Shown: piece after piece, positions 12,737 through 23,315 of the stretch | How the letters are laid out: each line of letters starts with the position of its first letter | How positions within the stretch are numbered: the stretch's first letter is position 1 | NCBI RefSeq assembly: GCF_018977255.1 | Contig: NW_024705463.1 | Span: 1 to 42,466 of the forward strand | DNA from: Callorhinchus milii | Lineage: Eukaryota | Direction: 5' to 3' | DNA: 42,466 bases | Translations under genes and position numbers: made by a program | The notes under the pieces: generated by a model | What the model was told of the DNA's origin: nothing | What the model saw: only the letters and a program-made list of their open reading frames with translations | The model's database searches: none

Positions 12737-12915
12737 TATTAACACAATATAGTTTGAAACAATATCATTGTTTAGAGTAGGTAATGTGACAATTGTAATT
12801 GTATTGTTATTTAATAGTGCTTTAAAGTGCTGAGATTCCAAAGAACACAGGATGAGATGTTACTATCCTTTGTGCAAGCACTTCCAAGAGTTCATGAACA
12901 GTGAGCCTGGTGAAA

Positions 12916-12995
12916 TTTGGGGAGCGCATCGTCAGTAGTGACCCTTTGGTTCCTAGGGTGTTTCGGCCTTTCATACTATACACCCTCCCCAAAGG
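12916..12995 (-). ncRNA. Candidate non-circularly permuted hammerhead ribozyme in the retrotransposon 3' UTR (also 16926-17005 and 20936-21014)
   Basis: Minus strand: CCTTTGG-GG-AGGGTG-TA^TAGT-ATGAAAGGCC-GAAA-CACCCT-AGGAA-CCAAAGG-GTC-ACTA-CTGACGA-TGCGCT. Core elements GUA, GAAAC and CUGACGA with stems I and III pairing. Confidence 0.55.
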
Positions 12996-13155
12996 CGGCC
13001 AGCGACAGGGTGATCAATCCTACGCTTGCGTCCCATTCCCAATTAGTCATAGGAGTTGCCTTGTTGTTGGTAGCCAACATCCCATGGGACTATGCATGGC
13101 AGGGGCGTCCTCCTCCCTGAGTCAAGCATTGTTGACTGCATACCTCCTGGCCCTC

Positions 13156-16100
13156 TCACTTTGGGGCCCAGCTGGGGTCTTTCCTCTTCATCCAGAGCCA
13201 CTGACTGCTGCCTTCTGCCGCCTCCGATACAGCTTTGATTGCCGAACGCTGGCTCTGGCCCTTAATTCCCAGGTCTCTAAGCAGTCTGGTTGTAGATGTT
13301 GCCACAAAACCTCTGCAGCCCACCTCCACTGGTCGGACTTCTGTGTTCCAGCCATGATGCCGTGCTTCGGCAGCTAGATCGGCATAGCGCAGATGTTTTC
13401 GCTCATAAGCCTCATCTACTGAGTCCTCCCAGGGTACTGTGAGCTCAATGATGAAGACCTTCTTGAGCGAACGGGACCAGAGCACCATGTCAGGTCTTAG
13501 GGTGGTGGTTGCGATCTCCGGAGGAAACACAAGTTGCCGGCCAATGTCAGCTAGCATTTTCCAGTCGCGGGCCAAGCGCAGCTGGTCTCGCTCTATTGGT
13601 GTAGAGCCGCTCTTCGGTGGTTTAGCCCCTTCGCGGACAAAGGTCGTCCGTAAGGGGTGTGATGCTGCTGGGGGTGGTAGGGAGTTGGTGGCAGCTCGCT
13701 TGTCCTCCAGGGCGGACGCAAGGTTTTTAAGGACTTGGTTGTGACGCCAAGTGTAGCGTCCTTGGGTGAGGCTTGTTTTACACCCTGTGAGAATGTGCCT
13801 GAGGTTGGCTGGCATGGAACAGAGGGCACAGTCCGGATCTTCACCATACCATTGGTGAAGATTAACTGGTGTTGGAAGGATGTCATATGTTGCTCTGATG
13901 GAAAAGCTCAACCGCCTCGCTTCCATGGCCCACAGATCCTTCCAGCTGATCTTCCTCTTCTCCACACTGTCCCATCGAGTCCACTGTCCTTGTTTGGCAA
14001 GAGAGACTGCCTTGGCCCACCTTGCAGCCTCCTCCTGATGGCGTACTTCCTGCACTACCATCTTCCGCCGCTCTGGTGCAGTGGCCTTACTCCAAGCAGC
14101 ACGGCTAGTTAGCCCAAGGCCTCCTCTCCCTTGCTGAACATGACCCACAATGTCAGCATGTCTGAGGGCTGCTGTTGCCTCCTGGACTGCTTTTCCTGGC
14201 CTCCATTTGCGCCCAGTTGCCAAGGTCGGCGCGTTGTTGCTCACCACTGGGTCTCGAGATTCATTCAGTGTCATCTGGAGCCTGGTTTTTGCACACTTGA
14301 ATTCCTCGGTTAGACTGGTGAGGGGCAGCTTGAGGACACCATCTCCATAGAGGCCTATGGTGGTAAGGCATCGTGGAACTCCGAGCCACTTCTTTAAGTA
14401 GCTCGTGGCTCCTCTTTCCATCTTCTCCACTGTTGAGATTGGAACCTCATACACTGCTAGGGGCCACAACACCCGGGGTAGGAGACCAAACTGCAGACAC
14501 CAGGCCTTTAACTTTCCAGGTAGCTGGGTGTTGTCGATGGACTGTAGGCTACTACTGATGTCTTTGCGCAGCTGTTGCACCTGGTCTTTGTCCTTCAGGC
14601 TTGCATCATACCACCTTCCAAGGCTTTTTACCGGCTGCTCAGACACTGTTGGGATTTGGTCATCTCCGATGAAGAATTTCAGGTCACAGAGTACTCCCTT
14701 CACAATCGAGATGCTGCGTGACTTGGATGGTTTAATCTTCATACGGGCCCAGCTGATGTTCTCCTCGAGTTTTCTGAGCAGTCTCCTGGTGCATGGGACA
14801 GTGGTGGTCAATGTTGTAATGTCGTCCATGTAGGCTCTGAGTGGAGGGAGGCGAAAACCAGAGTCGACTCGCTGTCCACCAGCAACCCATTTTGAGGATC
14901 TGATGATAACCTCCATTGCCATTATGAATGCCAATGGAGAAATGGTACATCCCGCCATTATACCTACATTCAGGCATTGCCATGAGGTGGTGAACTCTGA
15001 GGTGGTGAAGCAGAACTGCAGATCCTGAAAGTACGACTTCACCAGGGTTGTGATGGTGTCCGGTATGTGGAAAAATCTGAAGGCAGACCACAGGAGTTCA
15101 TGGGGCACAGAGCCAAATGCATTGGCGAGGTCGAGGAAGACTACATGGAGGTCCCTTTTCTCCACCTTGGCCATTTGGATCTGGTGCCAGATCATGCTGG
15201 AATGTTCCAAGCAGCCAGAGAACCCTGATATTCCTGCCTTCTGTACAGATGTATCGACGTACGCATTCCTTTGCAGGTACTCGGCCATCCTCTGGGCAAT
15301 GATCCTAAAGAAGATTTTACCCTCGACATTCAGTAAGGAGATTGGGCGGAATTGGCTGATGTTCACTGCATCCTTCTCCTTAGGGATCAGGACCCCGCCT
15401 GCCCTACGCCACACTTTGGGTATTATCTTCTTTTGCCAAGCTGTTCTCATAAGCCTCCAGAGGAACCTCAGGACGTCTGGTGCGTTCTTATACACTTTGT
15501 ACGGGACTCCATTTGGCCCCGGGGCTGATGCTGTTCTTGCCCTTCGAACTGTGTTTTCCACCTCTTTCCATGTCGGAGGGCTGGTCTCAATATGATGTTC
15601 CGGGGGTTCAATGGGTGGGATATCTGATGGGATGGCCAGATGTTCATGTCGCTTTGAGTCAAAGTTTGTTGTTCTCAGGTGCTCTTCTAGGTCTTTCTTT
15701 GTTGTTTTTAGAACTCCACTTTTTTCCTTCGTGAAGAGACTTTTAAGGAACTTGAAGGGATCTTTATAGAATCGAGTTCTAGTTTGTTCTTTCTTCCTTC
15801 TGCGCTTCCGTAGGTTCTCTGCTCTACGGAGGGATGCCAACCGGGTTTTGATGTCAGCCTGAAGTGCCTCTATGCCCTCCTTTTCCACTTCCGAGGCTTT
15901 CTTCCACTGTTTCTTAAGCTGTCTCCTTTCTTGAACGAGGCGCTTGATTTCTTGTTGCCTCCTGGAAACTGGTGGGGTTGGAACCTTTCTCCCGCCTTTT
16001 GCCTCTTGCACTCCAAAGCTTTCTGCCCCGTACTCATAGATGATGTCCCCCATCCTCTCCAACTTCTTCTCCACAGTGCCTCGAAGTTTCTCGAGGGTCA

Positions 16101-16695
16101 AGGTAAGGTCAGTATTCACTGTTTCCCACAACTTCTTGTCACTGGCGCCAGGCCACTTCACATACGGTCTGTGCCCTGGTAGTCTCCTCTCGATTGCAGG
16201 TCTCGGAGGCTGGGTGAGTTCCACTCCTGTTGTTGGTTCCACCTCAGTTGTTACTTCGGTGCTTGAGTTTACGTCCTCCATGACAGTGGTACTGATGCAC
16301 TGCAAACTATGGTTTGCGTCCAGTTGCTGTGCTTCATTCGACTGATTTGATCGCTTTCGCAGAAAGTAATCAATGCGAGGCCTCTGTCTCTCTTTACCCA
16401 AACACCCCTTCTTCCCCTGGTGGATCCTCAACCCATGGTGTGATGTAACTTTCCTCCAACCACAGACACATACCTGCATCTGTTTGTGGCCTGCTGTTGC
16501 AGCGGAACTTGTGACAGTTGCTGTGGTGTTCTCTTGTGCTGTGCTCTCATTACTCGTAGTCGTTTCCGGTCCAGTCGTTACCATGTTGTCAGTCGATGAG
16601 TCATCTTCCGCCCCCGCTCTCGCAGACTCTAGGGGTATTCTCGTATGTTGACTTTCTGTAGCTAAATCGGGTGTTTCCAACATACTGCGAAGCAT
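13156..16695 (-). CDS. Non-LTR retrotransposon polyprotein: N-terminal Zn finger, reverse transcriptase, CCHC knuckle, restriction-like endonuclease
   Basis: 1179-aa intact ORF; APGPNG, FRPISLLN, LDLANAFGSVPH, GIMAGC, YMDD; CALC..HILTGC, RHN, RPDMVL..IIELTVPWE..K..RY. Confidence 0.96.
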   Translation of the reverse strand: MLRSMLETPDLATESQHTRIPLESARAGAEDDSSTDNMVTTGPETTTSNESTAQENTTATVTSSAATAGHKQMQVCVCGWRKVTSHHGLRIHQGKKGCLGKERQRPRIDYFLRKRSNQSNEAQQLDANHSLQCISTTVMEDVNSSTEVTTEVEPTTGVELTQPPRPAIERRLPGHRPYVKWPGASDKKLWETVNTDLTLTLEKLRGTVEKKLERMGDIIYEYGAESFGVQEAKGGRKVPTPPVSRRQQEIKRLVQERRQLKKQWKKASEVEKEGIEALQADIKTRLASLRRAENLRKRRRKKEQTRTRFYKDPFKFLKSLFTKEKSGVLKTTKKDLEEHLRTTNFDSKRHEHLAIPSDIPPIEPPEHHIETSPPTWKEVENTVRRARTASAPGPNGVPYKVYKNAPDVLRFLWRLMRTAWQKKIIPKVWRRAGGVLIPKEKDAVNISQFRPISLLNVEGKIFFRIIAQRMAEYLQRNAYVDTSVQKAGISGFSGCLEHSSMIWHQIQMAKVEKRDLHVVFLDLANAFGSVPHELLWSAFRFFHIPDTITTLVKSYFQDLQFCFTTSEFTTSWQCLNVGIMAGCTISPLAFIMAMEVIIRSSKWVAGGQRVDSGFRLPPLRAYMDDITTLTTTVPCTRRLLRKLEENISWARMKIKPSKSRSISIVKGVLCDLKFFIGDDQIPTVSEQPVKSLGRWYDASLKDKDQVQQLRKDISSSLQSIDNTQLPGKLKAWCLQFGLLPRVLWPLAVYEVPISTVEKMERGATSYLKKWLGVPRCLTTIGLYGDGVLKLPLTSLTEEFKCAKTRLQMTLNESRDPVVSNNAPTLATGRKWRPGKAVQEATAALRHADIVGHVQQGRGGLGLTSRAAWSKATAPERRKMVVQEVRHQEEAARWAKAVSLAKQGQWTRWDSVEKRKISWKDLWAMEARRLSFSIRATYDILPTPVNLHQWYGEDPDCALCSMPANLRHILTGCKTSLTQGRYTWRHNQVLKNLASALEDKRAATNSLPPPAASHPLRTTFVREGAKPPKSGSTPIERDQLRLARDWKMLADIGRQLVFPPEIATTTLRPDMVLWSRSLKKVFIIELTVPWEDSVDEAYERKHLRYADLAAEARHHGWNTEVRPVEVGCRGFVATSTTRLLRDLGIKGQSQRSAIKAVSEAAEGSSQWLWMKRKDPSWAPK

Positions 16696-17165
16696 GGGAA
16701 ACTACAGAAATGGGAAGCTAACCCATGACTGTCCCAGTGGGGTCTATTCCCTCCTGTCAGCCGTCTCTCCGTGCCGCCACAAGGACTTTCCCCTGTTGTC
16801 AGCTGATCTTTCTCAGCAGTCACTGGACAAGTCCAGATATTCAGATTCCAAAGAACACAGGATGAGATGTTACTATCCTTTGTGCAAGCACTTCCAAGAG
16901 TTCATGAACAGTGAGCCTGGTGAAATTTGGGGAGCGCATCGTCAGTAGTGACCCTTTGGTTCCTAGGGTGTTTCGGCCTTTCATACTATACACCCTCCCC
17001 AAAGGCGGCCAGCGACAGGGTGATCAATCCTACGCTTGCGTCCCATTCCCAATTAGTCATAGGAGTTGCCTTGTTGTTGGTAGCCAACATCCCATGGGAC
17101 TATGCATGGCAGGGGCGTCCTCCTCCCTGAGTCAAGCATTGTTGACTGCATACCTCCTGGCCCTC

Positions 17166-20100
17166 TCACTTTGGGGCCCAGCTGGGGTCTTTCCTCTTCA
17201 TCCAGAGCCACTGACTGCTGCCTTCTGCCGCCTCCGATACAGCTTTGATTGCCGAACGCTGGCTCTGGCCCTTAATTCCCAGGTCTCTAAGCAGTCTGGT
17301 TGTAGATGTTGCCACAAAACCTCTGCAGCCCACCTCCACTGGTCGGACTTCTGTGTTCCAGCCATGATGCCGTGCTTCGGCAGCTAGATCGGCATAGCGC
17401 AGATGTTTTCGCTCATAAGCCTCATCTACTGAGTCCTCCCAGGGTACTGTGAGCTCAATGATGAAGACCTTCTTGAGCGAACGGGACCAGAGCACCATGT
17501 CAGGTCTTAGGGTGGTGGTTGCGATCTCCGGAGGAAACACAAGTTGCCGGCCAATGTCAGCTAGCATTTTCCAGTCGCGGGCCAAGCGCAGCTGGTCTCG
17601 CTCTATTGGTGTAGAGCCGCTCTTCGGTGGTTTAGCCCCTTCGCGGACAAAGGTCGTCCGTAAGGGGTGTGATGCTGCTGGGGGTGGTAGGGAGTTGGTG
17701 GCAGCTCGCTTGTCCTCCAGGGCGGACGCAAGGTTTTTAAGGACTTGGTTGTGACGCCAAGTGTAGCGTCCTTGGGTGAGGCTTGTTTTACACCCTGTGA
17801 GAATGTGCCTGAGGTTGGCTGGCATGGAACAGAGGGCACAGTCCGGATCTTCACCATACCATTGGTGAAGATTAACTGGTGTTGGAAGGATGTCATATGT
17901 TGCTCTGATGGAAAAGCTCAACCGCCTCGCTTCCATGGCCCACAGATCCTTCCAGCTGATCTTCCTCTTCTCCACACTGTCCCATCGAGTCCACTGTCCT
18001 TGTTTGGCAAGAGAGACTGCCTTGGCCCACCTTGCAGCCTCCTCCTGATGGCGTACTTCCTGCACTACCATCTTCCGCCGCTCTGGTGCAGTGGCCTTAC
18101 TCCAAGCAGCACGGCTAGTTAGCCCAAGGCCTCCTCTCCCTTGCTGAACATGACCCACAATGTCAGCATGTCTGAGGGCTGCTGTTGCCTCCTGGACTGC
18201 TTTTCCTGGCCTCCATTTGCGCCCAGTTGCCAAGGTCGGCGCGTTGTTGCTCACCACTGGGTCTCGAGATTCATTCAGTGTCATCTGGAGCCTGGTTTTT
18301 GCACACTTGAATTCCTCGGTTAGACTGGTGAGGGGCAGCTTGAGGACACCATCTCCATAGAGGCCTATGGTGGTAAGGCATCGTGGAACTCCGAGCCACT
18401 TCTTTAAGTAGCTCGTGGCTCCTCTTTCCATCTTCTCCACTGTTGAGATTGGAACCTCATACACTGCTAGGGGCCACAACACCCGGGGTAGGAGACCAAA
18501 CTGCAGACACCAGGCCTTTAACTTTCCAGGTAGCTGGGTGTTGTCGATGGACTGTAGGCTACTACTGATGTCTTTGCGCAGCTGTTGCACCTGGTCTTTG
18601 TCCTTCAGGCTTGCATCATACCACCTTCCAAGGCTTTTTACCGGCTGCTCAGACACTGTTGGGATTTGGTCATCTCCGATGAAGAATTTCAGGTCACAGA
18701 GTACTCCCTTCACAATCGAGATGCTGCGTGACTTGGATGGTTTAATCTTCATACGGGCCCAGCTGATGTTCTCCTCGAGTTTTCTGAGCAGTCTCCTGGT
18801 GCATGGGACAGTGGTGGTCAATGTTGTAATGTCGTCCATGTAGGCTCTGAGTGGAGGGAGGCGAAAACCAGAGTCGACTCGCTGTCCACCAGCAACCCAT
18901 TTTGAGGATCTGATGATAACCTCCATTGCCATTATGAATGCCAATGGAGAAATGGTACATCCCGCCATTATACCTACCTTCAGGCATTGCCATGAGGTGG
19001 TGAACTCTGAGGTGGTGAAGCAGAACTGCAGATCCTGAAAGTACGACTTCACCAGGGTTGTGATGGTGTCCGGTATGTGGAAAAATCTGAAGGCAGACCA
19101 CAGGAGTTCATGGGGCACAGAGCCAAATGCATTGGCGAGGTCGAGGAAGACTACATGGAGGTCCCTTTTCTCCACCTTGGCCATTTGGATCTGGTGCCAG
19201 ATCATGCTGGAATGTTCCAAGCAGCCAGAGAACCCTGATATTCCTGCCTTCTGTACAGATGTATCGACGTACGCATTCCTTTGCAGGTACTCGGCCATCC
19301 TCTGGGCAATGATCCTAAAGAAGATTTTACCCTCGACATTCAGTAAGGAGATTGGGCGGAATTGGCTGATGTTCACTGCATCCTTCTCCTTAGGGATCAG
19401 GACCCCGCCTGCCCTACGCCACACTTTGGGTATTATCTTTTTTTGCCAAGCTGTTCTCATAAGCCTCCAGAGGAACCTCAGGACGTCTGGTGCGTTCTTA
19501 TACACTTTGTACGGGACTCCATTTGGCCCCGGGGCTGATGCTGTTCTTGCCCTTCGAACTGTGTTTTCCACCTCTTTCCATGTCGGAGGGCTGGTCTCAA
19601 TATGATGTTCCGGGGGTTCAATGGGTGGGATATCTGATGGGATGGCCAGATGTTCATGTCGCTTTGAGTCAAAGTTTGTTGTTCTCAGGTGCTCTTCTAG
19701 GTCTTTCTTTGTTGTTTTTAGAACTCCACTTTTTTCCTTCGTGAAGAGACTTTTAAGGAACTTGAAGGGATCTTTATAGAATCGAGTTCTAGTTTGTTCT
19801 TTCTTCCTTCTGCGCTTCCGTAGGTTCTCTGCTCTACGGAGGGATGCCAACCGGGTTTTGATGTCAGCCTGAAGTGCCTCTATGCCCTCCTTTTCCACTT
19901 CCGAGGCTTTCTTCCACTGTTTCTTAAGCTGTCTCCTTTCTTGAACGAGGCGCTTGATTTCTTGTTGCCTCCTGGAAACTGGTGGGGTTGGAACCTTTCT
20001 CCCGCCTTTTGCCTCTTGCACTCCAAAGCTTTCTGCCCCGTACTCATAGATGATGTCCCCCATCCTCTCCAACTTCTTCTCCACAGTGCCTCGAAGTTTC

Positions 20101-20705
20101 TCGAGGGTCAAGGTAAGGTCAGTATTCACTGTTTCCCACAACTTCTTGTCACTGGCGCCAGGCCACTTCACATACGGTCTGTGCCCTGGTAGTCTCCTCT
20201 CGATTGCAGGTCTCGGAGGCTGGGTGAGTTCCACTCCTGTTGTTGGTTCCACCTCAGTTGTTACTTCGGTGCTTGAGTTTACGTCCTCCATGACAGTGGT
20301 ACTGATGCACTGCAAACTATGGTTTGCGTCCAGTTGCTGTGCTTCATTCGACTGATTTGATCGCTTTCGCAGAAAGTAATCAATGCGAGGCCTCTGTCTC
20401 TCTTTACCCAAACACCCCTTCTTCCCCTGGTGGATCCTCAACCCATGGTGTGATGTAACTTTCCTCCAACCACAGACACATACCTGCATCTGTTTGTGGC
20501 CTGCTGTTGCAGCGGAACTTGTGACAGTTGCTGTGGTGTTCTCTTGTGCTGTGCTCTCATTACTCGTAGTCGTTTCCGGTCCAGTCGTTACCATGTTGTC
20601 AGTCGATGAGTCATCTTCCGCCCCCGCTCTCGCAGACTCTAGGGGTATTCTCGTATGTTGACTTTCTGTAGCTAAAGCGGGTGTTTCCAACATACTGCGA
20701 AGCAT
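17166..20705 (-). CDS. Second intact copy of the RT-RLE polyprotein
   Basis: 1179 aa; I see two residue differences from copy 1 (ETPD/ETPA, CLNV/CLKV). Confidence 0.96.
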   Translation of the reverse strand: MLRSMLETPALATESQHTRIPLESARAGAEDDSSTDNMVTTGPETTTSNESTAQENTTATVTSSAATAGHKQMQVCVCGWRKVTSHHGLRIHQGKKGCLGKERQRPRIDYFLRKRSNQSNEAQQLDANHSLQCISTTVMEDVNSSTEVTTEVEPTTGVELTQPPRPAIERRLPGHRPYVKWPGASDKKLWETVNTDLTLTLEKLRGTVEKKLERMGDIIYEYGAESFGVQEAKGGRKVPTPPVSRRQQEIKRLVQERRQLKKQWKKASEVEKEGIEALQADIKTRLASLRRAENLRKRRRKKEQTRTRFYKDPFKFLKSLFTKEKSGVLKTTKKDLEEHLRTTNFDSKRHEHLAIPSDIPPIEPPEHHIETSPPTWKEVENTVRRARTASAPGPNGVPYKVYKNAPDVLRFLWRLMRTAWQKKIIPKVWRRAGGVLIPKEKDAVNISQFRPISLLNVEGKIFFRIIAQRMAEYLQRNAYVDTSVQKAGISGFSGCLEHSSMIWHQIQMAKVEKRDLHVVFLDLANAFGSVPHELLWSAFRFFHIPDTITTLVKSYFQDLQFCFTTSEFTTSWQCLKVGIMAGCTISPLAFIMAMEVIIRSSKWVAGGQRVDSGFRLPPLRAYMDDITTLTTTVPCTRRLLRKLEENISWARMKIKPSKSRSISIVKGVLCDLKFFIGDDQIPTVSEQPVKSLGRWYDASLKDKDQVQQLRKDISSSLQSIDNTQLPGKLKAWCLQFGLLPRVLWPLAVYEVPISTVEKMERGATSYLKKWLGVPRCLTTIGLYGDGVLKLPLTSLTEEFKCAKTRLQMTLNESRDPVVSNNAPTLATGRKWRPGKAVQEATAALRHADIVGHVQQGRGGLGLTSRAAWSKATAPERRKMVVQEVRHQEEAARWAKAVSLAKQGQWTRWDSVEKRKISWKDLWAMEARRLSFSIRATYDILPTPVNLHQWYGEDPDCALCSMPANLRHILTGCKTSLTQGRYTWRHNQVLKNLASALEDKRAATNSLPPPAASHPLRTTFVREGAKPPKSGSTPIERDQLRLARDWKMLADIGRQLVFPPEIATTTLRPDMVLWSRSLKKVFIIELTVPWEDSVDEAYERKHLRYADLAAEARHHGWNTEVRPVEVGCRGFVATSTTRLLRDLGIKGQSQRSAIKAVSEAAEGSSQWLWMKRKDPSWAPK

Positions 20706-21173
20706 GGGAAACTACAGAAATGGGAAGCTAACCCATGACTGTCCCAGTGGGGTCTATTCCCTCCTGTCAGCCGTCTCTCCGTGCCGCCACAAGGACTTTC
20801 CCCTGTTGTCAGCTGATCTTTCTCAGCAGTCACTGGACAAGTCCAGATATTCAGATTCCAAAGAACACAGGATGAGATGTTACTATCCTTTGTGCAAGCA
20901 CTTCCAAGAGTTCATGAACAGTGAGCCTGGTGAAATTTGGGGAGCGCATCGTCAGTAGTGACCCTTTGGTTCCTAGGGTGTTTCGGCCTTTCATACTATA
21001 CACCCTCCCAAAGGCGGCCAGCGACAGGGTGATCAATCCTACGCTTGCGTCCCATTCCCAATTAGTCATAGGAGTTGCCTTGTTGTTGGTAGCCAACATC
21101 CCATGGGACTATGCATGGCAGGGCGTCCTCCTCCCTGAGTCAAGCATTGTTGACTGCATACCTCCTGGCCCTC

Positions 21174-22075
21174 TCACTTTGGGGCCCAGCTGGGGTCTTT
21201 CCTCTTCATCCAGAGCCACTGACTGCTGCCTTCTGCCGCCTCCGATACAGCTTTGATTGCCGAACGCTGGCTCTGGCCCTTAATTCCCAGGTCTCTAAGC
21301 AGTCTGGTTGTAGATGTTGCCACAAAACCTCTGCAGCCCACCTCCACTGGTCGGACTTCTGTGTTCCAGCCATGATGCCGTGCTTCGGCAGCTAGATCGG
21401 CATAGCGCAGATGTTTTCGCTCATAAGCCTCATCTACTGAGTCCTCCCAGGGTACTGTGAGCTCAATGATGAATACCTTCTTGAGCGAACGGGACCAGAG
21501 CACCATGTCAGGTCTTAGGGTGGTGGTTGCGATCTCCGGAGGAAACACAAGTTGCCGGCCAATGTCAGCTAGCATTTTCCAGTCGCGGGCCAAGCGCAGC
21601 TGGTCTCGCTCTATTGGTGTAGAGCCGCTCTTCGGTGGTTTAGCCCCTTCGCGGACAAAGGTCGTCCGTAAGGGGTGTGATGCTGCTGGGGGTGGTAGGG
21701 AGTTGGTGGCAGCTCGCTTGTCCTCCAGGGCGGACGCAAGGTTTTTAAGGACTTGGTTGTGACGCCAAGTGTAGCGTCCTTGGGTGAGGCTTGTTTTACA
21801 CCCTGTGAGAATGTGCCTGAGGTTGGCTGGCATGGAACAGAGGGCACAGTCCGGATCTTCACCATACCATTGGTGAAGATTAACTGGTGTTGGAAGGATG
21901 TCATATGTTGCTCTGATGGAAAAGCTCAACCGCCTCGCTTCCATGGCCCACAGATCCTTCCAGCTGATCTTCCTCTTCTCCACACTGTCCCATCGAGTCC
22001 ACTGTCCTTGTTTGCAAGAGAGACTGCCTTGGCCCACCTTGCAGCCTCCTCCTGATGGCGTACTTCCTGCACTAC
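21174..22075 (-). pseudogene. 5'-truncated third copy (knuckle and endonuclease region only)
   Basis: Identity to copies 1-2 ends at ...CCTGCACTAC (22075); 1-nt deletion near 22014. Confidence 0.9.
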
Positions 22076-22099
22076 AGAAAAGTGTTCATACGCTCAATA

Positions 22100-22745
22100 A
22101 GTTAGGAAAGGATGCAAGACTGAGGATTAACGTGGAAAAGAAAAGGCAAAGACAATGGTGTTCTGAAGGGATACATTGAGAAAGAAGCAATAATACAAAG
22201 CAGCAAGATTGTGAATGTAAAGGAACTTGTATTCCTTGGGACATCTACTGACATGGGACAATGACTACACTAAAGACGCAATAAGAGCGAGAATCGCAAA
22301 GGCAAAATGATTAATGGCAGGATTTAATAACATCTGGAGAAGCAAGAAAATCAGCTACAAGAACAACTGAACATCATAAGAACATGTGTGTTCAATACAG
22401 CTTTGTATGCTTGCGAGACTTGGACATTAACAAATATTGACAGACGTAAGATATTGGTACTCGAAATGTATTGCTATAGAAGTATACTGCATCTAAGCTG
22501 AACCCAAAGAGTGACCAATGTAGAAGTAAGAAAAATATGGCACACAGAAGAAGACCTGATGATGCAGCAATGATAAGGAAACTGGCACTACACATATGTA
22601 GTATGGAAAACAACAGGCAAATGAAAACTTTTGTTGTTCAGAAATATGGAGATTGACATTAAAGATTGGTACCAGAAAGATGTGGCACTACTAGAGCATA
22701 TTGGCACAAGACAGAGAGAGGAAAGTGGAAACCAATGACGACATG
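22100..22745 (+). mobile_element. Degraded RTE-clade LINE fragment (C-terminal RT region)
   Basis: Broken frames give LRINVEK, RARIAKAK..MAGFNNIWRSKKIS, IIRTCVFNTALYACETWTL, EMYCYR. Confidence 0.8.
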
Positions 22746-23004
22746 GGCAGTAGACACTACGGGCTATCTGCCCATGAATCGTCATGATGATGTTCACCAG
22801 GTAGGGCAGTGGTGGTGTGGTGGTCATCAAACTGTGTGGTGAGTCATTTATGAATGGGTGCTGGGCTGTCTTCACCAACCCACATTGACCAGCATGGTAA
22901 TGTATTGTTAAGCAATCTGCTAGCATGAAGGTTGTGGCAAGGCCTCAATGTTACACTGGTTTAACAAAGGGTATAATTATCCATAAGAGTTTTTTTAATA
23001 CATG

Positions 23005-23315
23005 TGTAGTGTAATAGTGCCGGCTGGTGGACAGCGGCGGAAACTGAGGTGGACAAACAGTACACACGCCGATGAGGGTGTGCACGGTGTGTTGGCAGAG
23101 AGAAAAAACTCAGGCAAGGGTCATGGAGGACCCCATCTGGACGCCCCTGGAACCTGCTAGCAGGTTTGAGAAGGGAGGTGCGGTCAGGGCGGAGCCAGGC
23201 CGCTCTGAGAGCATAAAGGAGCCGAGAGTGGGGTCTCGGGGCTGCCGGTTCTGGGAGTGGACTTGTCTCGTTGTTGCTGTCAATTCGTTGCGTCATCACT
23301 GCCGTCTTCACTAGA
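23005..23315 (+). mobile_element. Possible solo LTR
   Basis: Ends TGTAGTG...CACTAGA (imperfect TG..CA inverted termini), GC-rich, internal CATAAAG; no clear TSD. Confidence 0.3.

Larger units (their letters stand above)
5160..12832. repeat. Tandem segmental duplication: block X (5160-6030, 7730-8795, 11430-12832) alternating with block Y (6045-7730, 9725-11430)
   Basis: Long near-identical stretches; ORF track shows paired peptides (6784-7185 vs 10524-10880, 7305 vs 11000). Each Y block carries one LRR exon. Confidence 0.92.
12833..22075 (-). mobile_element. Head-to-tail array of an RLE-type non-LTR retrotransposon (HERO-like): units 12833-16842, 16843-20852 and a 5'-truncated unit 20853-22075
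   Basis: Exact 4010-bp periodicity; identical junction sequence; no poly(A) and no TSD visible. Confidence 0.93.

Noticed and set aside
16696..16842. HDV-like ribozyme in the retrotransposon 5' UTR
   Set aside because: Could not build the nested double pseudoknot by eye; needs a descriptor search.
12901..22055. Numerous plus-strand ORFs of 60-181 aa
   Set aside because: Antisense shadows of the retrotransposon ORF.
22076..22090. TSD for the retrotransposon array (AAAGTGCT vs AAAGTGTT)
   Set aside because: Offset from the junction and mismatched; the left flank does not continue on the right.
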